A stretch of 64,000 nt of DNA, from positions 19,222 to 83,221 of the forward strand of contig CAXXJS010000051.1 of NCBI GenBank assembly GCA_963662665.2, written 5' to 3'. The notes beneath the pieces were generated by a model. It was not told the origin of the DNA and did not search any database. It saw nothing but the letters and a program-made list of their open reading frames with translations. Shown here in pieces: positions 30,885 to 40,787 of the stretch. This DNA comes from Candidatus Latescibacterota bacterium (lineage in GTDB: Bacteria > Latescibacterota > UBA2968 > GCA-2709665). Both the position numbers and the translations under genes were made by a program. Numbering within the stretch: position 1 is the first letter of the stretch; every line of letters begins with the position of its first letter.

Positions 30885-31232
30885 TGTTCTGTCCCGGAAA
30901 TAGGTTGCCAAAATTCGGGCGTCGGAAGGCAGCAAAAACAGCTATTGGCTTTCGGCAGTCAGCTTAAATTAAGACAAACAGCAAAAAGCAAACGGCGGAA
31001 CCACCACGAATCCGTCAGATTGATCTCCCTGAAATTCCTTTCGCCCGTGCGGTTGGGGGGATGGGGGAGATTTTAAAAGTGAAAGTTGGTGAAAAATTGA
31101 AGCCCGTGTCCTCCTCGAACGCAGTTCCAATCAGCCGAAATAGATGAGCGCATTGACGTTAGCGCAAGACACCGCAGCGAGACGGGATGAATCGGCGGGC
31201 GAATGGTGAGATATTTATGGGGCAGGACACTG
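30882..31232. mobile_element. MITE family 2, copy A (with ~200 bp extra internal DNA)
   Basis: Left end TAGTGTTCTGTCCCGGAAATAGGTTGCC and right end GCGAGACGGGATGAATCGGCGG...CAGGACACTG match both ends of 61316-61465. Confidence 0.75.
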
Positions 31233-31237
31233 AGCGA

Positions 31238-31567
31238 ATGGCGGGCGACGAGGAACTCGTCAGCCGGATAAGGACGATCCTTGCCGACGAGGACGGATTC
31301 TCGGAGAAAAGGATGTTTGGCGGGGTCTGCTTCATGATCCACGGCAACATGTGCGTGGGCACGTGGAAGGGGTCCCTGATTGTCCGACTCAACAGAGCGC
31401 GCCATGAGCAGACGCTTGCCGAGCCGCACACAAGGCCGTTCGACGTCACGGGCCGCGTCATGAAGGGATGGGCGCTGGTTGAGCCGCCCGCAATCGAACT
31501 GGACGATGACCTGATGGAATGGGTGTACAGAGCGGTCGACTACGTCGGATCGCTACCGCCCAAATGA
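31238..31567 (+). CDS. TfoX N-terminal domain protein
   Basis: DEELVSRIR, EKRMFGGVCFMIHGNM, GRVMKGW, LPPK. Confidence 0.85.
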   Translation: MAGDEELVSRIRTILADEDGFSEKRMFGGVCFMIHGNMCVGTWKGSLIVRLNRARHEQTLAEPHTRPFDVTGRVMKGWALVEPPAIELDDDLMEWVYRAVDYVGSLPPK

Positions 31568-31606
31568 GGGTGGGACGTCCATTGGAACCGCGCCAGGGTT
31601 GTAACC

Positions 31607-31924
31607 CTACTTTATTGGCGAGAAGGAGGTTGGGATGAGGACGTCGGAGATTACCTCGTCTACGATGGGACCGTTGGCTTCGGTCCGTTCCCGCGCCTCG
31701 ATCCATTCGGGGTCTGCGCGGAAAGCATCCCACGCGGTTTTCATAGCCTCATCGCTTTCAAATTCGCAAATGTAGATCAGGTCATTGGCATCCTTTCGCG
31801 TCCAGAATCCGACAACTGTAATGCCGTGCCTGTCGAAGAGACCGAACGTAACGGTTTCAAACCGGTTGAGGATGTCCGGCATCCGGCCATCGGGGACTCT
31901 GTAGGTGCGGTGTTCGTAAATCAT
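31607..31924 (-). CDS. NIPSNAP-family protein
   Basis: MIYEHRTY, VGFW, AWDAFRADPEW, PTSFSP; GGAG RBS. Confidence 0.88.
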   Translation of the reverse strand: MIYEHRTYRVPDGRMPDILNRFETVTFGLFDRHGITVVGFWTRKDANDLIYICEFESDEAMKTAWDAFRADPEWIEARERTEANGPIVDEVISDVLIPTSFSPIK

Positions 31925-32105
31925 CGGAACGCTCCCTGGTGTGTAGGACCCTGAATCGATCCTGTATGGAATGAAATTCGCTACGGCCTGCCATGGTAAC
32001 AAGAATTCAGCCGGATGGAAAGAGCCGCCCCGCCCGGCCGGCGCGCATATGAACGCGTATAACGGAACGTTGAGCATGCGTGCTTCTTCCGTCTGAGATC
32101 GATCG

Positions 32106-33683
32106 ATGCCAGGACGACGTTGCAACTGGACATTGACCGATTGTCAACCTGTCCGGGAGGATTCCGGGAACGTGAGAACAGACAAACGCGGTGGCATCTG
32201 CTTCCGGGTAGACGACAACAAACCGATTCAGCAATGGATTGAGTTCGCGGAGGTCTTCAACCGGTACGGGTTCAAGTTTTGCGCTGCATTGTGTCCGGGG
32301 AGAATGGCCGGCGACGAAGCCTATACGGCACTGGTTCGGTCATTGCAGGGTCGGGGCCACGAAATCATGGACCACACGCCCCTTCACAGCGTGGACAAGC
32401 TCCCGCTCCCTCACGGCGCCGATGCGGATGCCTGGCGCACGATGCCGGGCGTCGACCACGTGGATGCAACGCGTGTCTATCTGACCTATGACGCGATAGA
32501 TACGAAATTGCTTCCGGAATATCGTGCTGATATTTCGGGCAATGTGATGACAGGACGGACGCCTCAGGTTCTGAACGACCCCAACCAGACGAGATTCATC
32601 GCCGTCTACCTTCCCGCTACAGGCCGTGTGTTTCGGTTCAGGCAGATCGAACATTCGGGCGACGCCACGTTGGCGTTGCGCAGTTTCTGGGACGAAGACA
32701 ACGTTGATCTGGGTGAACTGCGGGACGTGGTCTGCCACAAGCTGAGCAAAGCCGACGTCCGGATGACGTTGGCCGCTCGCAGGCTATTGGCCGAATCGTC
32801 CCTCAATCTGTTTGACGAGATTGGTCTGGAACGTCCCCTGACGTGGATACAGCCGGGCTCGGGAGGGTGTTCCGACTTCTGGCGTGAAGACGTCAAAGTG
32901 TGTTTTGGAGACCTGTATGGCTACGTGGCCGCGGCAACCTACCCCGACCGGTCTCTGAAGTGTTACAACGAGGATGATCCCGATGGAGACAAGTGCTTCG
33001 GTATGCAGTGGGGCGACTTCGACGACGAGGCTAAGGATCTGGATTGGAACCTGAAACGAATTGCGGACGGGATCGCCGGGCGTCGCGTGCTTATCGGCCA
33101 CAGCCACTTCTGGGAACACGCCATGCCGGACGGTTGGGGCGGTTATCTCGAGCGGGTCGACCGGATTCTGTCCTGGTGCAAGGACTACCGGGTGCCGGTC
33201 AGGACCTATTCGGAGTGGGCGGAAGACCTTTATCGATCGAGACCGGACCCGCACGTGAACGTGTTTCCCGAATTGAATGTCGATCTGAATGCAGACGGCG
33301 TGCCGGATGGATACGACATGCTGTCCGCAGAGCTGGTCCAACGCGGCGGCGGGCCCATTGCCAACGATGTGTTCCTGTCGGTACGGAATGCCGGGACAAT
33401 CTGCAAAGTGGATAGACTGGGTGGTCTGGAAAAGGGCGCAATTGCCTTCTCGTTCCGGACACGCGGGCATCCAGGCGGTTCGATTGAGGCAGACTTCACT
33501 TTCTTCGAAGTTGAGACCACGGAGAAACTCACGTTTTCCGTGGGAAGTTCCGAATGGACAGAACGACGCGCGACGGTGACGGTGCCCACCGGAGTTTCTC
33601 TGGTGAACGTCTCAATTGAATGCACGCGAACTGGAGGCAACACCCTGGAGATCGGCGGGATGCGTTTGCAAGCGCACAATTGA
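32106..33683 (+). CDS. Polysaccharide-deacetylase-like (NodB-type barrel) protein with C-terminal beta-sandwich/carbohydrate-binding-like domain
   Basis: ICFRVDD, GHEIMDHT.LH, WIQPG, IGHSH; start uncertain (GTG 32172 possible). Confidence 0.6.
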   Translation: MPGRRCNWTLTDCQPVREDSGNVRTDKRGGICFRVDDNKPIQQWIEFAEVFNRYGFKFCAALCPGRMAGDEAYTALVRSLQGRGHEIMDHTPLHSVDKLPLPHGADADAWRTMPGVDHVDATRVYLTYDAIDTKLLPEYRADISGNVMTGRTPQVLNDPNQTRFIAVYLPATGRVFRFRQIEHSGDATLALRSFWDEDNVDLGELRDVVCHKLSKADVRMTLAARRLLAESSLNLFDEIGLERPLTWIQPGSGGCSDFWREDVKVCFGDLYGYVAAATYPDRSLKCYNEDDPDGDKCFGMQWGDFDDEAKDLDWNLKRIADGIAGRRVLIGHSHFWEHAMPDGWGGYLERVDRILSWCKDYRVPVRTYSEWAEDLYRSRPDPHVNVFPELNVDLNADGVPDGYDMLSAELVQRGGGPIANDVFLSVRNAGTICKVDRLGGLEKGAIAFSFRTRGHPGGSIEADFTFFEVETTEKLTFSVGSSEWTERRATVTVPTGVSLVNVSIECTRTGGNTLEIGGMRLQAHN

Positions 33684-33773
33684 GAATCCGGTCCTCCGCG
33701 GAATAATGCAGTACGGCCCCAACCCCCATTCCGGCGGCCGTGCCCATCCATTTCTACCAACGAAAAGGAACGA

Positions 33774-34916
33774 TTGATGTCCGAAACTGCCGAAGACTAT
33801 GATGTGGTGATTTCCGCCGGGCGCATATTCTGCGCCGACACCGGCCTGGACGGCCCGGGCGCCGTCGCCGTACGGGGCGACCGAATCGTCGCTTCCGGCC
33901 CGGACGTTAGCGGGGCCGCAGGTCTGACGCTCGACTATCCCGACGCGCTGCTTCTTCCGGGTCTGGTGGACATCCACGCCCATCCGGCCAGGGGCGGATC
34001 CCGGTTCGGCGTGGACCCCGATACCCACTTTCTTCCATGCGGGGTCACCACCTGTCTGTCGCAAGGTGATGCCGGCGCCCTCAACTGGCCGGCCTATCGG
34101 AAGGAGGTCATCCACGGCAGCCGAACGCGGGTGCGGCTCGCGCTGCATCTGTCGAAAACCGGCGAATCGCCGCCGGACCACTGTTTCGAACACCTTGAGA
34201 ACGCCGACGTCGACCTCTGTGTGGATACCATCGCGGCAGCGGGCGAAGACATCTGGGGCATCGCCTTCAACACGGTACTCGAACCTCGTCTCGCTCACGA
34301 CCCGCGGGAGATCATGCGCCGCGGCGTGGAAGCGGCCGGACGCAGCGGGCGCCCCATCCTGTACGGACCGCGCTTCAACCTGGATTTTCCGCTCGAGGAA
34401 CAGCTGGCGCACCTGCGGTCGGGAGACGTTTTCACCTACACTTTCAGCCCCCGTCCGGACAACATCATCGCAGATGGCAGGGTGCGGCAGGCCGTCCGGG
34501 AGGCCAGAGGCCGGGGGGTGCTGTTCGACGGCTGCCACGGAATGCAGTCTTTCAGCTTTGCGCACGCGGAGCAGGCCATCGCCGAGGGATTCCACCCCGA
34601 TACGATTTCCACCGACCAGTACAATGCTCACCTGGGCGCCGACCCGCCCCACCACCTGCCCGGAACGATGTCAAAATACATTGCGGCCGGCATGCCTGAA
34701 GCCGAAGTCCTTGCGCGGGCGACCGCACGACCCGCCGCAATACTCGGCCTGGAGGGAGAAGTCGGCACGCTGGCGCCCGGCGCGTGCGCCGACCTTGCCG
34801 TCCTGCAGTGGAATCCCGACGGACGTCTGCAAGACGTACTCGGCGTTGAACGCCCCGGCGGGTCGTGGGAGCCGCTGGCCACCGTGAAATCCGGCGAGCC
34901 GGTGTCGACCGGATGA
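33774..34916 (+). CDS. Amidohydrolase, dihydroorotase-like/deacetylase family
   Basis: PGLVDIHAH, GVTT, SFSF, PDTISTD, GTLAPGACADLAVL. Confidence 0.85.
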   Translation: MMSETAEDYDVVISAGRIFCADTGLDGPGAVAVRGDRIVASGPDVSGAAGLTLDYPDALLLPGLVDIHAHPARGGSRFGVDPDTHFLPCGVTTCLSQGDAGALNWPAYRKEVIHGSRTRVRLALHLSKTGESPPDHCFEHLENADVDLCVDTIAAAGEDIWGIAFNTVLEPRLAHDPREIMRRGVEAAGRSGRPILYGPRFNLDFPLEEQLAHLRSGDVFTYTFSPRPDNIIADGRVRQAVREARGRGVLFDGCHGMQSFSFAHAEQAIAEGFHPDTISTDQYNAHLGADPPHHLPGTMSKYIAAGMPEAEVLARATARPAAILGLEGEVGTLAPGACADLAVLQWNPDGRLQDVLGVERPGGSWEPLATVKSGEPVSTG

Positions 34917-35081
34917 ACGTGATGACGCTCCAACCTTCCACGGTATAGTCACGCAGGAACGGTATGAAGGCCATGGAGGACGATACTGCCATAATTCTCA
35001 CGTCGATGCCCGGATTTCCTTCGGGCATCAGATCCGGACTTTGTTTCTGTTACCCGGCTGAAGGCAATTTGTAGCGTCCAC

Positions 35082-35099
35082 TTTACACGTTTTTCACAC
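35082..35099 (+). promoter_or_regulatory. Pho-box-like direct repeat
   Basis: TTTACAC (35082) and TTCACAC (35093), 11-bp period, just upstream of a PiT-like gene. Confidence 0.4.
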
Positions 35100-35123
35100 C
35101 CTATCGATCGGGGGAGACCCACT

Positions 35124-36074
35124 GTGAGTCAGGAAGTGATCATGATGGTCGGTTTTTTGCTAGGCGCCTATTCTATCGTTGGAAACGACGCGATCCAGAC
35201 CCTCGGCACCTTTCTCAGCTCCAACGCGAGACGCCCGTGGTGGGTACTCTGGATCTTCGCCTGCAGCATTCTGGTGGCCGTTCTCGTTTACGGATGGTGG
35301 ATCCACGACGACGTCTCCTACGGCAGGCTGGAGAAAATACCCGTTCCAGGACAATGGACCTGGATCTACTGCGTCCCTCCGTTCGTTCTGCTCCTGCTGA
35401 CCCGTTGGGGCATTCCCGTGAGCACCACGTTTCTGACCCTTTCGATTTTCGCTCCGAAGGCGCTTCCGAGCATGCTGATCAAATCGCTCGCCGGATACGC
35501 GACCGCCTTCATTGCGGCCATCCTGATCTATCGATGGGTCACCCGCGGGTTCGAGTCCCGATTTCACAAAACGGAGGGCCCGACGAGCGGCTGGTGGGTT
35601 GTGGCGCAATGGTGTTCGACCGGCTTCCTGTGGAGTCAGTGGCTGATACAGGACCTGGCAAACATCTTCGTCTTCCTTCCACGCAGCCTCAGCGCGGAAT
35701 GGTTCTTCTCGGCGGTCGTCATCATGCTGGCCTTGCATGCCATTATCTTCTACAACCACGGAGGCGCCATCCAGAAGGTGGTCCTGACCAAGACGAACAC
35801 GACCGACATCCGGTCGGCGACGTTTGTCGATCTGATCTACGGTATCGTGCTGTTGTTGTTCAAGGAGGTTTCCAAGCTTCCGATGAGCACGACCTGGGTC
35901 TTCGTGGGACTGCTGGCCGGCCGGGAGATCGCGGTCGCCTGGAATCAGCGGCACCGCAGCCGCAAGGAAGTGACGCGCCTGGTATTGATGGATTTCGCGA
36001 AAATTACCGGCGGGCTCGTCATCAGCATCGCCCTCGCCTACCTCCTGCCCGAATTGCAGGCGCTGATCGGGTGA
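35124..36074 (+). CDS. PiT/Pho4-like inorganic phosphate (anion) transporter
   Basis: GNDAIQTLGT and QDLAN signatures, with duplicated PVSTT/PMSTT motifs; many TM helices. Confidence 0.65.
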   Translation: MSQEVIMMVGFLLGAYSIVGNDAIQTLGTFLSSNARRPWWVLWIFACSILVAVLVYGWWIHDDVSYGRLEKIPVPGQWTWIYCVPPFVLLLLTRWGIPVSTTFLTLSIFAPKALPSMLIKSLAGYATAFIAAILIYRWVTRGFESRFHKTEGPTSGWWVVAQWCSTGFLWSQWLIQDLANIFVFLPRSLSAEWFFSAVVIMLALHAIIFYNHGGAIQKVVLTKTNTTDIRSATFVDLIYGIVLLLFKEVSKLPMSTTWVFVGLLAGREIAVAWNQRHRSRKEVTRLVLMDFAKITGGLVISIALAYLLPELQALIG

Positions 36075-36200
36075 GGAACGGCAGATCGATCCGAACTCAG
36101 TTACAACAGGCAGCAGTGTATTCTATATGGGAGTCCGGTGAGAATTGGCAGGGGCCAGGGAACAGCCCGGGTTCCCGGTAAACCACCAGGGAGGTTCTGC

Positions 36201-37490
36201 ATGCGATACCAGGCGACGCGAAACGACGCGCAGATAGAGTCCGTATTCCGGCAGGCCGCCGAACAGTATGCCGCCTTCGGCGTGAACGCGCACGAAGCCG
36301 TGGAAAAAGCAGCCGACGTACCCATATCGCTTCACTGCTGGCAGGCCGACGACGTGGCAGGGTTCGAGACGAACGACGAAGCCGTGGAGGGCGGCGGCAT
36401 CATGGCCACGGGCAACTACCCGGGCCGGGCGCGAAACGGGGATGAGTCGCGCGCCGACCTGAAGCAGGCCATCGACCTGTTGCCGGGGAGACACCGCGCG
36501 AACGTCCATGCGTCCTATGGCGACACGGGCGGTAAAGTCGTTGACCGGGACAGCCTGCAACCCGAACACTTCGCCGGCTGGATTTCCTGGGCGAAGGAAA
36601 TCGGGGTCGGGCTTGACTTCAACCCCACGTATTTCTCCCATCCAAAGGCGAACGACGGGTACACCCTGGCCCATCCCAACAGCGATATCCGGGCGTTCTG
36701 GGTCCGCCATGGCGTGGCCAGCCGGCGAATCGCGGAAGCCATGGGCGTTGCCCTGGACGACGAGTGCGTGAACAACCACTGGATTCCCGACGGCGCCAAA
36801 GACCATCCCGCGGACCGTTACGGACCCCGCGAACGCCTGGTGGAATCCCTGGACGCCGTCCTGGATCCCGCCCTGGACATCGGGCCGGCCTGTGTGGACG
36901 CCGTTGAGGGCAAACTCTTCGGCCTGGGCGTGGAAGACTACACGGCGGGCTCCAACGACTTCTACGCGAACTACGCCCTGTCGCGGGGCGTGGTCCTTTG
37001 CCTGGACATGGGCCACTTCCACCCCACGGAATCCATCGCGGACAAGATCTCCGCACACCTGCCCTTCCACGAAAAGCTGCTCATCCACACCAGCCGCCCC
37101 ATCCGCTGGGATTCCGATCACGTGGTGCTTTTCGGCGACGACGTGCGCAATGTCTTCCTGGAAATCGTGCGGTGCGACGCCCTGGACCGCGTGTACGTGG
37201 CGCTGGACTTCTTCGACGCCAGCATCAACCGGATCGGCGCCTACGTGATCGGCGCCCGGGCCACGCGGAAAGCCATCCTCTACGCGCTGCTGGACCCCAC
37301 GCGGCAACTGCAGGAACTGGAGCAGGAGGGCAAACTGGCTCAGAAGCTGGCCCTGATGGAAGACATGAAAACGATGCCCTTTTCCGCCGTCTGGAACATG
37401 ACCTGCCTGAAAACCGGTGTCCCCCCCGGCGCCGCCTGGATTCCGGAAATGGAACAATACGAGAAAGAAGTGCTGTCAACCCGGGGATAA
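36201..37490 (+). CDS. rhaA: L-rhamnose isomerase
   Basis: ISLHCWQADDVAGFE, ATGNYPGRARN, LDFNPTYFSHP, WIPDG.KD, DMGHFHPTE, RWDSDHVV, DFFDASINR. Confidence 0.95.
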   Translation: MRYQATRNDAQIESVFRQAAEQYAAFGVNAHEAVEKAADVPISLHCWQADDVAGFETNDEAVEGGGIMATGNYPGRARNGDESRADLKQAIDLLPGRHRANVHASYGDTGGKVVDRDSLQPEHFAGWISWAKEIGVGLDFNPTYFSHPKANDGYTLAHPNSDIRAFWVRHGVASRRIAEAMGVALDDECVNNHWIPDGAKDHPADRYGPRERLVESLDAVLDPALDIGPACVDAVEGKLFGLGVEDYTAGSNDFYANYALSRGVVLCLDMGHFHPTESIADKISAHLPFHEKLLIHTSRPIRWDSDHVVLFGDDVRNVFLEIVRCDALDRVYVALDFFDASINRIGAYVIGARATRKAILYALLDPTRQLQELEQEGKLAQKLALMEDMKTMPFSAVWNMTCLKTGVPPGAAWIPEMEQYEKEVLSTRG

Positions 37491-37494
37491 AGAA

Positions 37495-37536
37495 AATCGC
37501 GGGACGAGTTGGGAAAACCCACTTCGTTCCGCGGTT
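37495..37536. terminator. Long imperfect hairpin between convergent rhaA and hsdR
   Basis: AATCGCGGGACGAGTTGGG-AAAA-CCCACTTCGTTCCGCGGTT. Confidence 0.55.
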
Positions 37537-37652
37537 CGTATCGGTTGTGATTCTCCTGTACACCCTACCGAATCGACCGGATATCCCTCCTCCAGATTTA
37601 CCTACCGCCAATTCCCACATAACAAGCGCAACTCGAAGCGCGATCGCGTTTG

Positions 37653-40600
37653 TTACGTGCCAACCGGATCGTAGGCCAGCCCGAACACCATATCGGCCAT
37701 CTCGCGCCTGAAGTCCTTGTCGTCCATATACCGCTTGAACAGCTCGGTGTCATCCTTCATCACTCCGGTCATGACGCGCAGCAGCGCCTTGTCGTGCTCA
37801 ATCCGTGCATTCTGGCGGTCGGAGTTCACCCGGGCGTTTCGGAACGCGGTGTCGGCGGCGACGCGGGCCGGAATGGTTTCTGTGATAAGCTGCTCCACGC
37901 GGTCGCGATCTTCCCATGGGATGTCACCAAAGTGTTCGTTGAACACGCGAAGAATGTTGGAGAGTCGATCCAATTCAGGCTCTGGCTGATGTCCTCCCCC
38001 TGACGTCGGTACCGGATCGATCTCGGCATCCTCGTCCGTCAGCATAATATTTCGCATTGCCTGCTTCTCAACCCTGTAACTGTCAAGATCGATCGCATCG
38101 AGGATCCCCTTGGAAAGGTCCTCTTCCTCGGGCGCCGGCAATTTCGGGACCAGGAAGTTCAGAAAAATAGATCGCTTTTCCCATTCGACGATGTTGTAAG
38201 TAAGGACGGACGAAAGAAAGGCGTAGGTCCGCACGAATGCTTTGGCGTTGCCCTTGAATGCGACCTGGCCGTCTTCGTCGAGGTCGTGGCGATAGACGGC
38301 GACGCATGCGTCCAGGATCGGATCGAGCAGGTCGCGTTCCACACCATCCAGATAGAGCCGCACAAACTCGTCGATCTGTGTTTCGGAATAGACCTGAACG
38401 CCGTCCAGTTCCGCCTGGAGGTCGTGCAGCTTGTTCGGGTCGGTCTCCTCGGCCAATATCGTTGTCCGGTAGAAGTCTGAAAACGCGTCACGAATCGTAT
38501 CGGTGTCGTTGAGAAAGTCGAAAACGAACACGTCGTGCTTCTTCGGGTGGGCCCGGTTAAGGCGAGAGAGCGTCTGCACGGCTCTGATGCCGGACAGCGT
38601 CTTGTCTACGTACATCGTGTGCAGCAGGGGCTCATCATAGCCTGTCTGAAACTTGTCCGCGCACACCGGGAACCGGTAGGGGTCCTCCCGAAATCGCCTG
38701 GCGATCTGCGACGACGGCAGGCCGTTCAACGAGGCCTCGCTCACCCTGGCGCCCCCGTAATCGTGTTCACCGGAGAAGGCGACCAGGGCCTCGTATTGGC
38801 TCTTGCGCTCCTTGAGATAGTCGCGGATGGCATGATAATACTGGATCGTGCGCTCGATGCCGTTCGTGACCACCATCGCCCGCGCCGCGCCGCCGATTCT
38901 GCCCTGCTTCAGCACCTGATCGTGGAAGTGGTCGACCATGATCTCGGCCTTGAGCCGAATCGCGTGATCGCTGCCCTCCACAAAACGTCGCAGCTTCTTC
39001 TGCGCCTTCCGAACGTCGAATTCGGGATCTTCTTCAACCGTCTTCGCAAGCTTGTAGTAGCTCGCCACAGGCGTGTAGTGCGCGAGTACGTCCAGGATAA
39101 ACCCTTCCTGGACCGCCTGCTTCATCGTGTAGCTGTGGAAAGCGCGATGCCTTACCGTACCGTCGGGCTGCGACTCAGGAGCGCCGAAGATCTCGAGGGT
39201 TTTGTTCTTTGGCGTCGCGGTGAACGCGAAGTAGCTGGCGTTGAGAAGGAGCTTGCGCGACTCCATCAGGCGGTTGATCCGGTCCTCAAAGGTGTCCTGA
39301 TCGTCCTCTTCGCCCGCCTCCGACAACGCCTGGGCCATGGCCGCGCTGGTGCGACCCCCCTGGCTCGAGTGGGCTTCGTCGATGATAATGGCGAAGCGCC
39401 TCCCCCGCTGTTCGTTGCCGATCTCGTCCAGAATGAACGGAAACTTCTGGACCGTGGAAATGATGATCTTCTTGCCACTCTCGATGAACTGACGCAGATC
39501 GCCAGAGCGGTCAGCGTGCCCGACGGTGGCCGCCACCTGGGCGTATTGTTTGATTGTATCGCGGATTTGACGGTCCAGGATGACCCTGTCCGTGACGACG
39601 ATGATCGAGTCAAAGACCGGAGCGTCGTCCTTTTCGAGTCCGATCAACTGATGGGCAAGCCAGGCGATGGAGTTGCTCTTGCCGCTGCCTGCGGAGTGCT
39701 GGATCAGATATCGCTGTCCGGCGCCGCGGTAGCCCGCGTCGGCCAGCAGTCGGCGAACCACGTCGAGTTGATGGAAACGCGGCCAGACCTGGGTCTTTCG
39801 CCTCTTTCCGCTCTTTTCGTCCTTCGACGCAACCACCTGCGCGTAATTCTCCAGGATGTTGGTGAGACTCTCCCGGGTGAGTACTTCGCGCCAGAGATAG
39901 GAGATCGAAAGACCGTTCGGATTGGGCGGATTGCCCGCGCCGTCGTTCCAGCCGCGGTTAAACGGAAGAAACCAGGACGCCTTGCCCTTCAGGTCTGTAC
40001 AAAAACGCACCTCGCGTTCGTCCAACGCGAAGTGCGCAATGCACCGCCCGAACTCGAACAGCTTCTCACGCGGATTCCGGTCCTTTCGATATTGCCAGAC
40101 CGCATCGTCCACCGTCTGCTTCGTGAAGCTGTTCTTCAGTTCGAACGTGAACACCGGCAGTCCGTTGATGAACAGCCCGATGTCCAGCGCCCGCTGGGTA
40201 TCGTCACGGCTGTAGCGAAGCTGCCGCGTGACGGTGAAGCGGTTCAGGGCGAACAATTCCTGTGCCTGCGGGTTGCCGGCCGAGGGCGTGCCGTAGAACA
40301 GATCAAGGTTCAACGCCTGGTGCTTGATCCCGTTACGAAGGACGTCAATGGTGCCGCGCTTGCTGATTTCGCCCTGGAGCCGGGTCAGGAATGAGCGCCG
40401 CACGGGACCATCTTCGGAAAGCGGCAACGCCTCGGCGGCCTCCGGCTGGGTGGCGCACAGGAATGCAGACAGTTGCACCAGATCGACGCAGAACTCACGG
40501 TTATAGTCGTGGGGATTCCCGCAACTCCAACCGACGCCGCCATAACCCACAGGCGGTTCTCCCACGGTGCCTGCAGCGGAGGGCTCACAGGCATGGCCTG

Positions 40601-40658
40601 TCATGGCGGTACAAATCAGGCGTTCAAGCCCGCGTTCAGTGGTGTCTGTAGCAATCAT
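37653..40658 (-). CDS. hsdR: Type I restriction enzyme R subunit
   Basis: LDIGLFINGLPVFTFELKN nuclease motif, HSAGSGKS, DEAH, FTATP, DKFQTGYD, QTLSRLNR. Confidence 0.96.
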   Translation of the reverse strand: MIATDTTERGLERLICTAMTGHACEPSAAGTVGEPPVGYGGVGWSCGNPHDYNREFCVDLVQLSAFLCATQPEAAEALPLSEDGPVRRSFLTRLQGEISKRGTIDVLRNGIKHQALNLDLFYGTPSAGNPQAQELFALNRFTVTRQLRYSRDDTQRALDIGLFINGLPVFTFELKNSFTKQTVDDAVWQYRKDRNPREKLFEFGRCIAHFALDEREVRFCTDLKGKASWFLPFNRGWNDGAGNPPNPNGLSISYLWREVLTRESLTNILENYAQVVASKDEKSGKRRKTQVWPRFHQLDVVRRLLADAGYRGAGQRYLIQHSAGSGKSNSIAWLAHQLIGLEKDDAPVFDSIIVVTDRVILDRQIRDTIKQYAQVAATVGHADRSGDLRQFIESGKKIIISTVQKFPFILDEIGNEQRGRRFAIIIDEAHSSQGGRTSAAMAQALSEAGEEDDQDTFEDRINRLMESRKLLLNASYFAFTATPKNKTLEIFGAPESQPDGTVRHRAFHSYTMKQAVQEGFILDVLAHYTPVASYYKLAKTVEEDPEFDVRKAQKKLRRFVEGSDHAIRLKAEIMVDHFHDQVLKQGRIGGAARAMVVTNGIERTIQYYHAIRDYLKERKSQYEALVAFSGEHDYGGARVSEASLNGLPSSQIARRFREDPYRFPVCADKFQTGYDEPLLHTMYVDKTLSGIRAVQTLSRLNRAHPKKHDVFVFDFLNDTDTIRDAFSDFYRTTILAEETDPNKLHDLQAELDGVQVYSETQIDEFVRLYLDGVERDLLDPILDACVAVYRHDLDEDGQVAFKGNAKAFVRTYAFLSSVLTYNIVEWEKRSIFLNFLVPKLPAPEEEDLSKGILDAIDLDSYRVEKQAMRNIMLTDEDAEIDPVPTSGGGHQPEPELDRLSNILRVFNEHFGDIPWEDRDRVEQLITETIPARVAADTAFRNARVNSDRQNARIEHDKALLRVMTGVMKDDTELFKRYMDDKDFRREMADMVFGLAYDPVGT

Positions 40659-40787
40659 ACAACATCAATCCTGCGAAGGCACGCTTCAGGACTGCGCCAA
40701 TATCCGGTCGCGCGCATTCCTAAGCCATGAATCATCGGCACACAAGCGGGCGACTATAGAAGGTAACCGGAGCTCGTTTTTGGGCGT

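Noticed and set aside
38535-40394. Long plus-strand ORFs opposite hsdR (619 aa) and hsdM (47990..49660), and similar antisense ORFs elsewhere
   Set aside because: Shadow ORFs expected from high-GC codon bias; no recognisable motifs.
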